Positions 9,805 to 18,419 of a DNA stretch of 64,000 nt are shown here, one piece after another (positions within the stretch are counted from its first letter, which is position 1; each line of letters starts with the position of its first letter). The position numbers and the translations under genes are program-made. Below the pieces are notes generated by a model. The model made no database searches and had not been told where the DNA came from. It was given only the letters and a program-made list of their open reading frames with translations. The DNA is from an uncultured Gammaproteobacteria bacterium (lineage in GTDB: Bacteria; Patescibacteriota; Microgenomatia; Levybacterales; UBA12049): the NCBI GenBank assembly GCA_964533055.1, contig CAZHKZ010000002.1, positions 8,129 through 72,128 on the forward strand. Reading direction: 5' to 3'.

Positions 9805-10521
9805 ATGAAATTATCAATTGTTGTCCCGATCTTTAATGAAGAAAAGACATTAGAGAAACTGCTCACTCGCTTAAATCGTCTAGTGATCCCCGGTGTTGTA
9901 CCTGAATTTATATTAGTAGATGATGGGTCTAGTGATGACTCAAAGAAGATAGCTCAAAATTTTGTAATTAATAAGAGAAATTTTTTCCTCTTTCTTCATA
10001 AAAGAAATGCTGGAAAAGGAGCTGCGGTTAGAACTGGGATTAAAAAAGCAAAAGGAGACTTCGTTGTTATTCAAGATGCAGACCTTGAGTATGATCCAGC
10101 TCAGTTAGAAGGTCTCATGAGACCAATTCTCAATCAAGAAGCGTTAGTTGTATATGGAACGAGGATTAAGCATTTTCCTGCGTTCAGAAAGGATCTTTCA
10201 AAAACACGTTTTTTTATTCATTTTATTGGCAATAGGCTCCTAAGTCTTTTAACAAGCCTTCTCTACTTTGAATGGATCACGGATATGGAAACATGTTATA
10301 AAATAATTCCACGTAAATTTTTCGAGAGAACTCAATTGAAATCTGAAGGGTTTTCATTCGAACCTGAAGTAACTGCAAAAATTCTTAAATCTGGACTTAA
10401 AATCAAAGAACTTCCAATTACGACCAGGCCTAGGGGGTATAAGCAAGGGAAAAAACTTAGGACAATTCCTGATGGTCTAGAGGCAGTCTGGGCATTGATA
10501 AAATATCGATTTATTGATTAA
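9805..10521 (+). CDS. Polyprenol-phosphate mannose/hexose synthase (Ppm1/DPM1-like GT2, soluble type)
   Basis: Reads LSIVVPIFNEEKTLEKLL...FILVDDGSSDDS...NAGKGAAVRTGIKKAKGDFVVIQDADLEYDP, the DPM1/GtrB-type GT2 signature. There is no C-terminal TM segment. Confidence 0.75.
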   Translation: MKLSIVVPIFNEEKTLEKLLTRLNRLVIPGVVPEFILVDDGSSDDSKKIAQNFVINKRNFFLFLHKRNAGKGAAVRTGIKKAKGDFVVIQDADLEYDPAQLEGLMRPILNQEALVVYGTRIKHFPAFRKDLSKTRFFIHFIGNRLLSLLTSLLYFEWITDMETCYKIIPRKFFERTQLKSEGFSFEPEVTAKILKSGLKIKELPITTRPRGYKQGKKLRTIPDGLEAVWALIKYRFID

Positions 10522-10538
10522 GTAGAAGTGGGAGAAAT

Positions 10539-12194
10539 ATGAAAACTACTTTGATCAAAAAGAATTCTATTATTCTTATTTGTATACTTATCCTCGCAGC
10601 GCTTTTACGTTTTGTATCTCTTGATTCTAATCCACCCTCACTGAGCTGGGATGAAGTAGCCTGGGGCTACAATGCCTATTCATTAGGGATTGATGGAAAG
10701 GATGAATTTGGACGATTTTTGCCGATAGATTTTCTTGAGTCATATGGTGATTTCAAGCCACCACTTTATGCATATTTAGATATTCTACCAGTAAAAATAC
10801 TGGGTCTAACTGATGCAGCGCCTCGAATTCCATCCGCCTTTTTCGGAGTGTTTACAGTTCTTGTAACCTACTTTTTATCCTTACGACTTTTTCCTAGGTC
10901 TTTGCGAAAAAAAGAATTTGCATTAGTTGCTGCATTTATTCTCGCAATATCACCTTGGCATATTATGCTCTCAAGAGGTGCATTTGAGGCAAATGTAGCA
11001 CTCTTTTTTATAACAACAGCTGGCTACTTTTTTCTCAAAGGTGTTCAGGAAAAGAGTTGGAGCATTGTTGTAGCAGCGGCTTTATTTGCAGCATCTTTTT
11101 ATATTTTCAACACTGCCAGAATTTTTTCCCCACTGCTTGTAGTTCTTTTTATATTGGTTTTTTGGAGGACATTGTTGAGGATGAGGGTGAAGATTCTAGT
11201 AGCCATATTTGTTGGAATTGCTATGATCTTGCCACTCATCGGATTTCTGCTTTCACCTCAAGCGAGTCTACGTTTTAAGGAGGTAAATATCTTCTCAGAT
11301 ACCTCGATTGTGACAAATTCGAATCAAGAAATTACGAATGATAAAAATGCAGTTTATGGGAAGCTATTTCATAATAGACGACTTGGTTATGCGACTGAAT
11401 ATGCAAAGCACTACATGGATCATTTCAATTTTTCCTTCCTTTTCTTAAAAGGCGATGAGAACTCTCGCTTTTCAACTATGGACGTTGGTGTAATGTATCT
11501 TTGGCAATTCCCAGCTTTATTAATTGGTGCCTTAGTACTATTTAGAAAGCGAGAAGGGGAGTGGTGGATCATTCCGACATGGATACTTTTAGCGATTGTA
11601 CCAGCTGCAGTGGCACGTGAGACGCCTCATGCGCTGAGAATTGAGAATGCGATTCCTTTTTATCAGATTTTGACAGCGTACGGGCTTGTCCACCTATGGC
11701 ATTCTCTCAAAGAAAAAATATTGTCTAACAAATGGACAACGACTATAAAATCTATTGGGGGGTTAATCATTGTTGTGTCATTTATATACTTTATATGGGG
11801 ACTTACTGTGCACTATTCGCGTGAGACTTCAGTTGATTGGCAGTACGGCTATAAAGATTCTTTGAAATACGCCAAGGAAAATGAATCAAAATATGATCAA
11901 GTGCGATTTACCGGTAAGCTTGGTAGGCCATATATTTACTATCTCTACTATAATAGAATTCTCCCAGAAGATTTCCGTCGAGATTCTACGATTCGTAGAG
12001 ACGAGTTTGGGTTTGTGTATGTTGAAAGAGTGGGAAAGTATACTTTTGCGAGTCCTACGATTAATGAGGCTCCGTTTGGTGACAGTAATGTGCTTGTAAT
12101 TGAGGATAGAAAGCGAGTGCCAGATAATGTGAAAATCTTAAAGAAATTTAATCTTTTGAACGGAGAGACTATTCTTGTTGGATACACTTTTTAG
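10539..12194 (+). CDS. PMT_2/ArnT-family GT-C glycosyltransferase (protein-O-mannosyltransferase-like), paralog 1
   Basis: A GGGAG Shine-Dalgarno-like motif lies at -9. The N-terminal TM helix is followed by a loop with the DE motif (LSWDEVAWGYNAYSL) and FKPPLYAYL. 551 aa, polytopic. Confidence 0.75.
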   Translation: MKTTLIKKNSIILICILILAALLRFVSLDSNPPSLSWDEVAWGYNAYSLGIDGKDEFGRFLPIDFLESYGDFKPPLYAYLDILPVKILGLTDAAPRIPSAFFGVFTVLVTYFLSLRLFPRSLRKKEFALVAAFILAISPWHIMLSRGAFEANVALFFITTAGYFFLKGVQEKSWSIVVAAALFAASFYIFNTARIFSPLLVVLFILVFWRTLLRMRVKILVAIFVGIAMILPLIGFLLSPQASLRFKEVNIFSDTSIVTNSNQEITNDKNAVYGKLFHNRRLGYATEYAKHYMDHFNFSFLFLKGDENSRFSTMDVGVMYLWQFPALLIGALVLFRKREGEWWIIPTWILLAIVPAAVARETPHALRIENAIPFYQILTAYGLVHLWHSLKEKILSNKWTTTIKSIGGLIIVVSFIYFIWGLTVHYSRETSVDWQYGYKDSLKYAKENESKYDQVRFTGKLGRPYIYYLYYNRILPEDFRRDSTIRRDEFGFVYVERVGKYTFASPTINEAPFGDSNVLVIEDRKRVPDNVKILKKFNLLNGETILVGYTF

Positions 12195-12195
12195 G

Positions 12196-13839
12196 ATGAA
12201 GAAAAACACTTTTTTACTACTAGGGATCTTGCTAATTGCTTTCATTTTGCGTTTTTATGCGCTAGGTGATATTCCAAAGTCACCAGATTGGGATGAGGCA
12301 GCACTCGGCTACAATGCGTATTCGCTTCTGCATACAGGCATGGATGAATATGGCACTAGACTGCCAGTTGTCTTACGCTCCTTTGATGATTATAAGCCAG
12401 CTCTCTATGCATACCTCTCTGTTCCCTCTGTTGCAATTTTTGGCCTCAATGTATTTTCAATACGACTCATCTCTGCTCTTTTTGGAGTTGCAACAGTTAT
12501 AGCTTTTTATTTTCTTGTCAAAAAATTAACAAAGCATGATTTATTTTCTCTCATAGCAACTCTTCTTCTCGCAATTTCTCCATGGCATCTCCAGTTCTCG
12601 AGAACGGCATTTGAGGCAAATCTAGGCCTAAGTTTAATTGTCTTTACAGCATACTTTTTCCTCAAGGGAATTGAAAGGCACTGGTATTTGTCATTGAGCG
12701 CTTTTTTTGCTGGGCTTTCACTTTATGCTTATCAAAGTGAGAAGGTATTTACTCCTCTTTTCGTCTGCTTACTCTTAGTGATTTATTTTAGAAACCTTAT
12801 TCTTGTCAAGAAAAAATTCTTGATAACAGCCTTACTTGTAGGTGGTATTACTCTAACGCCATTTATTGTCTATACCATACAAAATCCTGAATCACTGGCT
12901 CGAGCAAAAGGAACTGTTGCTCTTATGACTGAGCGGGAGAAAATAAAAAATGATAATAGATATCACGATAATATTGCACAACAAAATAGCTTAGGAAGAG
13001 TGATTGACTCAAGGTTTTGGGTATATGGGTCTACTATTGTAAGTGGGTACTTTTCCCATTTTGATCCTAAGTGGCTCTTCCTTGAGGGAGATAATCCTCG
13101 TCACCACGCGCCTGATATGGGAATATTGTATTTTTTTGAATTCCCACTTCTTCTGATGGGTATGTACGCTCTCTTTTTTGATAAAAAGTATCTTAAAACC
13201 AAGAATACTAAGTTGTTAATAGCTGGGTGGTTACTTTTATCTCCTCTTGCTCCATCGGTAACAAATGATGTTCCTCATGCCGTGAGAAGCCTAACCATGC
13301 TGCCTATGATCGAGTTTATTGTGGCATTAGGAGGGGTCTCTTTTTTCTCATTTATTAAAAATATTAGGGTACATGGAAGAAGTCTCATGTATCCATTTAT
13401 CGTTGCTGGAGTAGTAGTCGTATTTTTCAATGTCAGCTACTATCTAGATCAGTATTATGTCCAAGCCCCTTATTTCAATGCAAAGGATTGGCAGTACGGA
13501 TACAAAGAGGTGGTGGCAAAGTTGGAGTCCCCAGAGTTTAGTGACATGAAGATTGTAGTTTCGGATGTTACCCCAATGGATCAGTCATACATCTTCTTTC
13601 TTTTTTATACTCAATTTGACCCGTCTAAATATCATGCGAGAATGGCTGAGTATGAGCGGACAGGTGTGCGTTCTTTTGATAACTATATCTTCAGAAAGAT
13701 TGAGTGGGAAAAAGATGCGCAAGAAAAAGATGCTATCTATGTTGGATCACCAGATAATTTCTCTGGTGAAACAATTGAATTTGGAGATGTATATTATCCC
13801 GATGGAACAAAAGCAATTGAGATTGTTAAACCACTATAG
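12196..13839 (+). CDS. PMT_2/ArnT-family GT-C glycosyltransferase, paralog 2 (tandem)
   Basis: Reads PDWDEAALGYNAYSLLHTGMDEYGTRLP...YKPALYAYL, clearly homologous to 10539-12194. Start placed at the ATG immediately after the upstream stop; the track start at 12175 overlaps. Confidence 0.75.
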   Translation: MKKNTFLLLGILLIAFILRFYALGDIPKSPDWDEAALGYNAYSLLHTGMDEYGTRLPVVLRSFDDYKPALYAYLSVPSVAIFGLNVFSIRLISALFGVATVIAFYFLVKKLTKHDLFSLIATLLLAISPWHLQFSRTAFEANLGLSLIVFTAYFFLKGIERHWYLSLSAFFAGLSLYAYQSEKVFTPLFVCLLLVIYFRNLILVKKKFLITALLVGGITLTPFIVYTIQNPESLARAKGTVALMTEREKIKNDNRYHDNIAQQNSLGRVIDSRFWVYGSTIVSGYFSHFDPKWLFLEGDNPRHHAPDMGILYFFEFPLLLMGMYALFFDKKYLKTKNTKLLIAGWLLLSPLAPSVTNDVPHAVRSLTMLPMIEFIVALGGVSFFSFIKNIRVHGRSLMYPFIVAGVVVVFFNVSYYLDQYYVQAPYFNAKDWQYGYKEVVAKLESPEFSDMKIVVSDVTPMDQSYIFFLFYTQFDPSKYHARMAEYERTGVRSFDNYIFRKIEWEKDAQEKDAIYVGSPDNFSGETIEFGDVYYPDGTKAIEIVKPL

Positions 13840-13840
13840 T

Positions 13841-14470
13841 TTAGGAGCGTTGCAGAACTGTGATATTAAGCCAGTGTTTTCCTTCTATCAGATCTTTATC
13901 TCTCCCATCATACTCAAAATATCCATTTGCTCGCCTCATCTCAGGCAGGTTTTTAAGAAAAATGATCGTATACGTGTCACGCTCTTTATAGATAATACCT
14001 CTTTGGTCTTTAAAGATAATTTCACGACCATTTTTGACAGTTAGATAGTCCTGTGGAAGTGCAGTTAAATCAGTAAGATAATCAATGCTATAAAGTCTTT
14101 TACTTGTAAAGAAAAGGATGGCACTACTACTTGTTGCAAGTTTTGTCTCAGGTCCCACAACCTCCTTTGCTAAAGATAGCTGTTTGGGATCAAGTCCATG
14201 CGCATTGAAATTAAAATATCCTGGTGAGTAGAACTCTCTAAATTTCCAGTATGTTTGCTCGTCAATTTTGTTAGAAGTCTTAACAGATTTGATGAACTCA
14301 TTCCAAACAAGTGTACGTTTAAAGGGAAAAAGAGAGCTTGAAACCTTTGGTACGAGTAGAAGGAATGAGAGAATGAGCGCTAGGGAGACGCCGATAAGAA
14401 ATACTACTGTTTGGCGCTCAGAACTGCTAGATGAGCTTTGTGTTTTTTGAGAGTGTTTACTATAATGCAT
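13841..14470 (-). CDS. Hypothetical signal-anchored protein (Ser-rich N-terminus, one TM, roughly 160-aa extracytoplasmic domain)
   Basis: This 209-aa ORF is the only long ORF on either strand in the interval 13840-14475. It has an N-terminal SSSSSS tract and the TM segment VVFLIGVSLALILSFLLLV. It is convergent with the upstream gene (1-nt gap) and lies 5 nt from the start of the next + gene. Confidence 0.5.
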   Translation of the reverse strand: MHYSKHSQKTQSSSSSSERQTVVFLIGVSLALILSFLLLVPKVSSSLFPFKRTLVWNEFIKSVKTSNKIDEQTYWKFREFYSPGYFNFNAHGLDPKQLSLAKEVVGPETKLATSSSAILFFTSKRLYSIDYLTDLTALPQDYLTVKNGREIIFKDQRGIIYKERDTYTIIFLKNLPEMRRANGYFEYDGRDKDLIEGKHWLNITVLQRS

Positions 14471-14475
14471 AGAGT

Positions 14476-16161
14476 GTGAGAATTAAGAGATTTGACTTAT
14501 TTTGTCTAGGTATTATCTTCGCAGAATCAATTGTATTCTTATTTGATTTTTTCATGAACCCGGGTAGATTTGCAAGTTTTGATGCCCCATTCCATATCAC
14601 CAATATTGCTCAGTTTGCAAATTCCTTACTTGACGGTAATTTCCCGGTTGTTTGGACAGATGGATTTGCAAATTATGGGCTTCCAATTGGTATTGTAGCA
14701 CACCAAATGACCTCCTATTTAGGCGCCCTGTTCTCATTACTCTTTAATGATCCCTATATGGGTTTTAAGGCTGTTGCTTTTATTGGAGTTGCGGGATCAG
14801 CACTGCTTTATTTTGTTTTTTTGAAACTTTATTTTTCTCCTCAAGTTGCACTTGCAGGAGCGACTCTTTTTAACCTCGCATCCTACAGGATCTTTAACTT
14901 TTATGTGAGAGGTGCGCTCCCTGAGATTTTTTCAGCCGTTTTTCTTCCCTTGATCCTTGTGGGGCTTTATTTTTTTATTGAGAAGAAAAATAGTAAAGGA
15001 TTGTTTCTCTTTGCACTATCAATATTCCTGTTAGCGGTGACTCATCCATTTATGCTTCTCATTTATGGAATTATCTATGGTCCTTACGCGCTCTATTTGC
15101 TATCAAAGAATGCTGGAGCAAAGTCTCTCCTTACAAAAAACTCAGTAAAGAAAGTTGTCTCGCTTTTTATTGCGCTCGGAATTGGCATTGTAAGTGCTAG
15201 TTTTTATCTCATACCTTTGAGTCGTGAAATAAGGTATTTTTATTACGGTCTCAACCCATCTAATCTTGAGCCGAATAGCTTTTTTTCATTTTCGTCATTC
15301 CTTAATTTCTCATGGCCGTATTTTACGCCAACTGAGACCTTCCCTCGTGGCCATATAGTGACATTGGGGATACTTGAGCTTGTTGGATTGTTAGCGGGGA
15401 TTGTTCTACTCGTTGTGCTTTTGAGAAAGAAAGAAAAGACAGAAAATGATGGATTTGTTATTTTTTCTGGGATTATCGCTCTCATTCTGATTTTCTTTAT
15501 GACCTCACTTTCAAGTGTTTTTTACACCTACTTACCTCTGCTTAATCAGATTCAATTTCCCTGGAGAATGATCTCTGGTCTTATTTTTATTATCCCAATT
15601 TTTTATTGCTATGTATTTTCAAAGAAGAATTCTCTCTTTCTTCTTGGCATATTTATGATGATTATTTTGTTGTTGAGACTACCTGAGTTATATGGTAAGA
15701 ATTACACATATATCCCCAAAAGTAGCTATGACAAGACTCTTATTAATGTCCACTCAGTACTTATGAACACGATTTGGACAGGAAAGACTGAAGAGTATCC
15801 TGTGAAGTCTTTGAAGGGAGAAATAATTGAGGGGAATGGCAGCATTGTTAAAAGAGAAGAGCATGTCGCAAAGAGAGAGTACGAAGTTCAAGCAGATAGT
15901 GCGATCAGGCTTGTAGATAATACATTTTACTTTCCAGGGTGGAAGGTATTTGTTGATGGGGTAGATACTCCTATTGAATTTCAGGACCCATCATATAGGG
16001 GAGTGATTACATACGCTGTGCCAGCAGGATCGCATCAGGTCGAGGTAGTATTTAAAGATACAAAGATCCGTTTAGTCAGCAAGATTTTGAGTCTTGGGGG
16101 CCTGATATTTTTGACTGGACTATTTATCATGAGAAAAAGAGTAGGTAGAATTATTTTTTAA
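14476..16161 (+). CDS. Uncharacterized polytopic membrane protein, GT-C-like with YfhO-like C-terminal domain (family A, copy 1)
   Basis: GTG start. Conserved N-terminal loop DGNFPVVWTDGFANYGLPIGI and C-terminal FYFPGWKVFVDGV...YRGVITYAVPAGSHQVEVVF, followed by a terminal TM helix. The C-terminal motif resembles that of the YfhO-like gene at 4679. Confidence 0.6.
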   Translation: MRIKRFDLFCLGIIFAESIVFLFDFFMNPGRFASFDAPFHITNIAQFANSLLDGNFPVVWTDGFANYGLPIGIVAHQMTSYLGALFSLLFNDPYMGFKAVAFIGVAGSALLYFVFLKLYFSPQVALAGATLFNLASYRIFNFYVRGALPEIFSAVFLPLILVGLYFFIEKKNSKGLFLFALSIFLLAVTHPFMLLIYGIIYGPYALYLLSKNAGAKSLLTKNSVKKVVSLFIALGIGIVSASFYLIPLSREIRYFYYGLNPSNLEPNSFFSFSSFLNFSWPYFTPTETFPRGHIVTLGILELVGLLAGIVLLVVLLRKKEKTENDGFVIFSGIIALILIFFMTSLSSVFYTYLPLLNQIQFPWRMISGLIFIIPIFYCYVFSKKNSLFLLGIFMMIILLLRLPELYGKNYTYIPKSSYDKTLINVHSVLMNTIWTGKTEEYPVKSLKGEIIEGNGSIVKREEHVAKREYEVQADSAIRLVDNTFYFPGWKVFVDGVDTPIEFQDPSYRGVITYAVPAGSHQVEVVFKDTKIRLVSKILSLGGLIFLTGLFIMRKRVGRIIF

Positions 16162-16165
16162 TCAT

Positions 16166-17863
16166 ATGAGATTTTTTAAGGATAACTTTTCATCTCTTCT
16201 TTTTCTTTTACTCCTCTCAGTAGTGACCATTCTCCCAGCACTTTTATACCCCCAGAGATCAGCCAACATGGACGGCATTGTTCATACTCTTGTTCCAAAT
16301 CTTTTCGCAAAGGCAATAAGTCAGGGCGACTTCCCTGTGACATGGGTTGATGGGTTCGCAAATTATGGGCTACCACTTGGAATTATTTCTCATCAAGTGA
16401 CCACATACTTAACTGCATTTATTATCCTTATTGTTCAAAATCCAGTAGTTGCATTTAATATAGTCGGTTTTATCGGAATTCTTCTCTCGAATATTTTTTT
16501 CTTTCTCTTTTTAAAAAAATACTTTTCAACACCTACGTCACTCACCGCAGTAGTTCTCTTTAATTTCTCACCATATAGAATTCTTAATTTTTATATTAGA
16601 GGTGCAATGCCTGAATTCTTTGCCAGCGTGTTCATACCCCTCATACTCCTCAGCCTTTTTGGCATATTTAAGGAAAGAAGAGTGTCAAGCTTTTTCCTCC
16701 TCATCCTGTCGGTGTGCTTTCTCATATTGACCCATCCTTTTATGTTAGTGGTAAGCCTCTTTCTCGTTGTTCCATACATTCTCTTTCTTACTGTTACAGA
16801 TGAGAAAATAGGTGAGTGGATAAGATCCTTTTTTAGAAAGAATATTCGTCCCATTATCGTGTCTTCTCTTGGTTTTGTAGTTGGCACAGGAATAGCATCT
16901 TATTTTCTCCTTCCGCTTCAAAAAGAGATTCAGTATTTTTATTATGGACTTTCTCCAAATCATCTAACCGCCAATAGCTATCTCACTCTTTATAATTACG
17001 TCGCCAACCCATGGGCTTACTTTACGAAGCTTGATATTGTGCATAGAGGATTCCTCATTAATGTGGGAATAATTGAATCACTTCTGGTTGTTTTAGCAGG
17101 AGGATTTTTTCTTTATAAAATTGTGAGTCTCAGAAGAGCCTATAAGGTAAGTATTGTTGATTTTGGCTTCTTTTGCTCCCTTATCATTATCTTTATGATG
17201 AGTCCATGGAGCACAGTTTTTTATGAGAAAATCCCAATGTTAAGTAACGTGCAGTTCCAATGGCGAATGCTTTCAGGCTTTATATTTCTTCCCCCTATCA
17301 TCGCAGCCTTTTTTCTCTCGAAGGTATCATCGCTAAAGTATCATGTACTTCTCATCCTCACTGTCCTTGTAGTAATAATGCCTCAACTTTATGGAAAGAA
17401 CTACACGCAGTACCCACAAGGGTATTACTCGTTTACGCCATTGAATCTTCATGCGACTGTTATGAATACGATTTGGAGTGGTGAGTCAGGAGAGTATCCT
17501 GTAGGTAAGCCTAAGGCTGAAATTATCCAGGGAGATGGATCGGTAAAGATTGAGAAGATGAAAGATTCACAGAGAGCATATCTTATTAATGCAAAGAGTG
17601 ATGTCCGCGTTGTTGATCGAACATTCTATTTTCCTGGATGGAATCTTTTAGTTGATGGCGTAAATCAACCGATTCAGTTCCAAGATCCTCTCTACAGAGG
17701 GGTTATTACCTATGATGTTCCCAAAGGTGATCATCGTATAGTGCTTGATTTTAAGCCAACAAAAACACGAATGGTTGGGGAATATCTTTCACTATTCTTT
17801 ATAGGTATAGTAGTAGGTATGTATTTATTTAGAAAAAAGATCCAGAGATTTATGCGAGAATAA
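16166..17863 (+). CDS. Uncharacterized polytopic membrane protein, tandem paralog of 14476-16161 (family A, copy 2)
   Basis: Reads QGDFPVTWVDGFANYGLPLGI ... FYFPGWNLLVDGV...YRGVITYDVPKGDHRIVLDF. It has the same architecture and similar length (565 vs 561 aa) as copy 1. Confidence 0.6.
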   Translation: MRFFKDNFSSLLFLLLLSVVTILPALLYPQRSANMDGIVHTLVPNLFAKAISQGDFPVTWVDGFANYGLPLGIISHQVTTYLTAFIILIVQNPVVAFNIVGFIGILLSNIFFFLFLKKYFSTPTSLTAVVLFNFSPYRILNFYIRGAMPEFFASVFIPLILLSLFGIFKERRVSSFFLLILSVCFLILTHPFMLVVSLFLVVPYILFLTVTDEKIGEWIRSFFRKNIRPIIVSSLGFVVGTGIASYFLLPLQKEIQYFYYGLSPNHLTANSYLTLYNYVANPWAYFTKLDIVHRGFLINVGIIESLLVVLAGGFFLYKIVSLRRAYKVSIVDFGFFCSLIIIFMMSPWSTVFYEKIPMLSNVQFQWRMLSGFIFLPPIIAAFFLSKVSSLKYHVLLILTVLVVIMPQLYGKNYTQYPQGYYSFTPLNLHATVMNTIWSGESGEYPVGKPKAEIIQGDGSVKIEKMKDSQRAYLINAKSDVRVVDRTFYFPGWNLLVDGVNQPIQFQDPLYRGVITYDVPKGDHRIVLDFKPTKTRMVGEYLSLFFIGIVVGMYLFRKKIQRFMRE

Positions 17864-17867
17864 TTTT

Positions 17868-18419
17868 ATGAAATACATTTATATTTTTATAGTATTTCTC
17901 TATCTTGCGATTACAACAGCTCTGTATTTCCAGCGAAATAGTGAGAGGATGTCATTGCCACTCACACCTTTTGTCTCTGATGATGCTTCAGCTCAAAGAT
18001 TAGCATATAGCTTTGCATATGACACCACAGATAATTCTCTTTTTATTGTAAGATTGGTTCATAATAAGGTTGAAACATCTCTCCATACATTTTTCTCATC
18101 AGCACTTAGGGCAGCAGACATACCCTTTCTCTTTGGCCTCTCAAAGACAGTTTCTTCACCTTATCAAATGGATTACAAGATACCCCCATTATTCTTAGTT
18201 GAATTACCCTTCTTTTTATTCTCTTGTTGGTACTTCATAACTAGGTACGAAAATGAGAAAAAAACTGTGATAGTCTTTGCACTTTCAGGAATAGTGAGTC
18301 TTATGATTGTGGGACTCTTTACCCCAGCTCTTCATCCATTGACTTTGCTTCCCCTTGTTCTCTGTATAAGAACGTTCACAGGTATTGGTGTTGTTAGTTT
18401 TATAAAAAGTAAAAAATGA
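17868..18419 (+). CDS. Hypothetical small membrane protein
   Basis: 183 aa with hydrophobic helices at both ends. It sits within the operon, and the downstream gene overlaps it with ATGA. Confidence 0.45.
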   Translation: MKYIYIFIVFLYLAITTALYFQRNSERMSLPLTPFVSDDASAQRLAYSFAYDTTDNSLFIVRLVHNKVETSLHTFFSSALRAADIPFLFGLSKTVSSPYQMDYKIPPLFLVELPFFLFSCWYFITRYENEKKTVIVFALSGIVSLMIVGLFTPALHPLTLLPLVLCIRTFTGIGVVSFIKSKK

